A DNA stretch of 49,670 nucleotides, taken from NCBI GenBank assembly GCA_020536535.1, contig JAHLWZ010000088.1, forward strand, positions 1 through 49,670, in the 5' to 3' direction. Below, in pieces: positions 49,229-49,670 of the stretch. The stretch is from Pelomyxa schiedti (taxonomy: Eukaryota > Protista > Evosea). Made by a program: the position numbers and the translations under genes. Numbering within the stretch: the first letter of the stretch is position 1; each line of letters starts with the position of its first letter. Under the pieces are notes generated by a model, which worked only from the letters and a program-made list of their open reading frames with translations, ran no database searches and was not told where the DNA came from.

Positions 49229-49670
49229 GATTATCTGTTAGTGGGGCGTTTTTTTGTAAGCAAGTTGCTCACATCAAAAAGCAATGTTTTTATGCGGTTT
49301 TTCGTAGAAAATCCATTCATGCACCATTTTTGACACCACTAACTTCAACAGCTTGCACTAGTTCTCCACATGGTTTGGGGTTGGAGTTGGGAGTGGTGGT
49401 CTGCCATAATGCTGTGGCTTTCTGTTTGTCAGCTTTAGCTAACAGAACTTCATGCCCTCTTGGGTGGTGGAGGGGCTTCCTCTGTTGTGGAACAAAAGTG
49501 CAAGTTGTTTAATTACACTGCTCAGCAGGCAACTGGTTTCCCTGTGGTTATTTTGACTTCAAAGATGAATGGAAACCCATTTTTCAAGCAACACTCATGA
49601 GTGGTAGGTAGGTTGTGTTGGTACCCAAGGCTCCCAGCATTGCACACCACAGTGCATTTCTGTATTTCTG
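49151..49670. repeat. Segmental duplication of 15544..16067 (first RING exon, intergenic DNA, 3' end of upstream gene); runs off the window end
   Basis: Near base-for-base identity with a few substitutions and 1-3 nt indels. Confidence 0.95.

Overview
Gene-dense eukaryotic window with many short (about 40-60 nt) GT-AG introns, so the ORF track shows only exon fragments; gene models below were assembled by eye. The intron style and a 'ARAQILAL..PRCG..SPAR' N-terminal motif suggest an archamoeba such as Pelomyxa (inference, not confirmed). About 20 genes: sphingomyelin-synthase-family enzyme, TBC Rab-GAP, secreted S41 peptidase, IMPACT, Aha1-N protein, EME1, Cache-sensor phosphodiesterase, amino-acid transporter, TMEM144, PQ-loop and START proteins, and an M16 peptidase. 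Three unusual architectures stand out: (1) Kelch/F-box/Ras/CAAX fusion with a G12V-like P-loop; (2) RING/B-box/coiled-coil/olfactomedin TRIM-like family in three copies; (3) an ~8 kb locus joining an FSP1/AIFM2-like oxidoreductase, NmrA-like domain, pseudokinase and two RapGAP domains. A 100-N assembly gap lies at 46382-46481. No rRNA, tRNA, CRISPR or recognisable transposon was seen.
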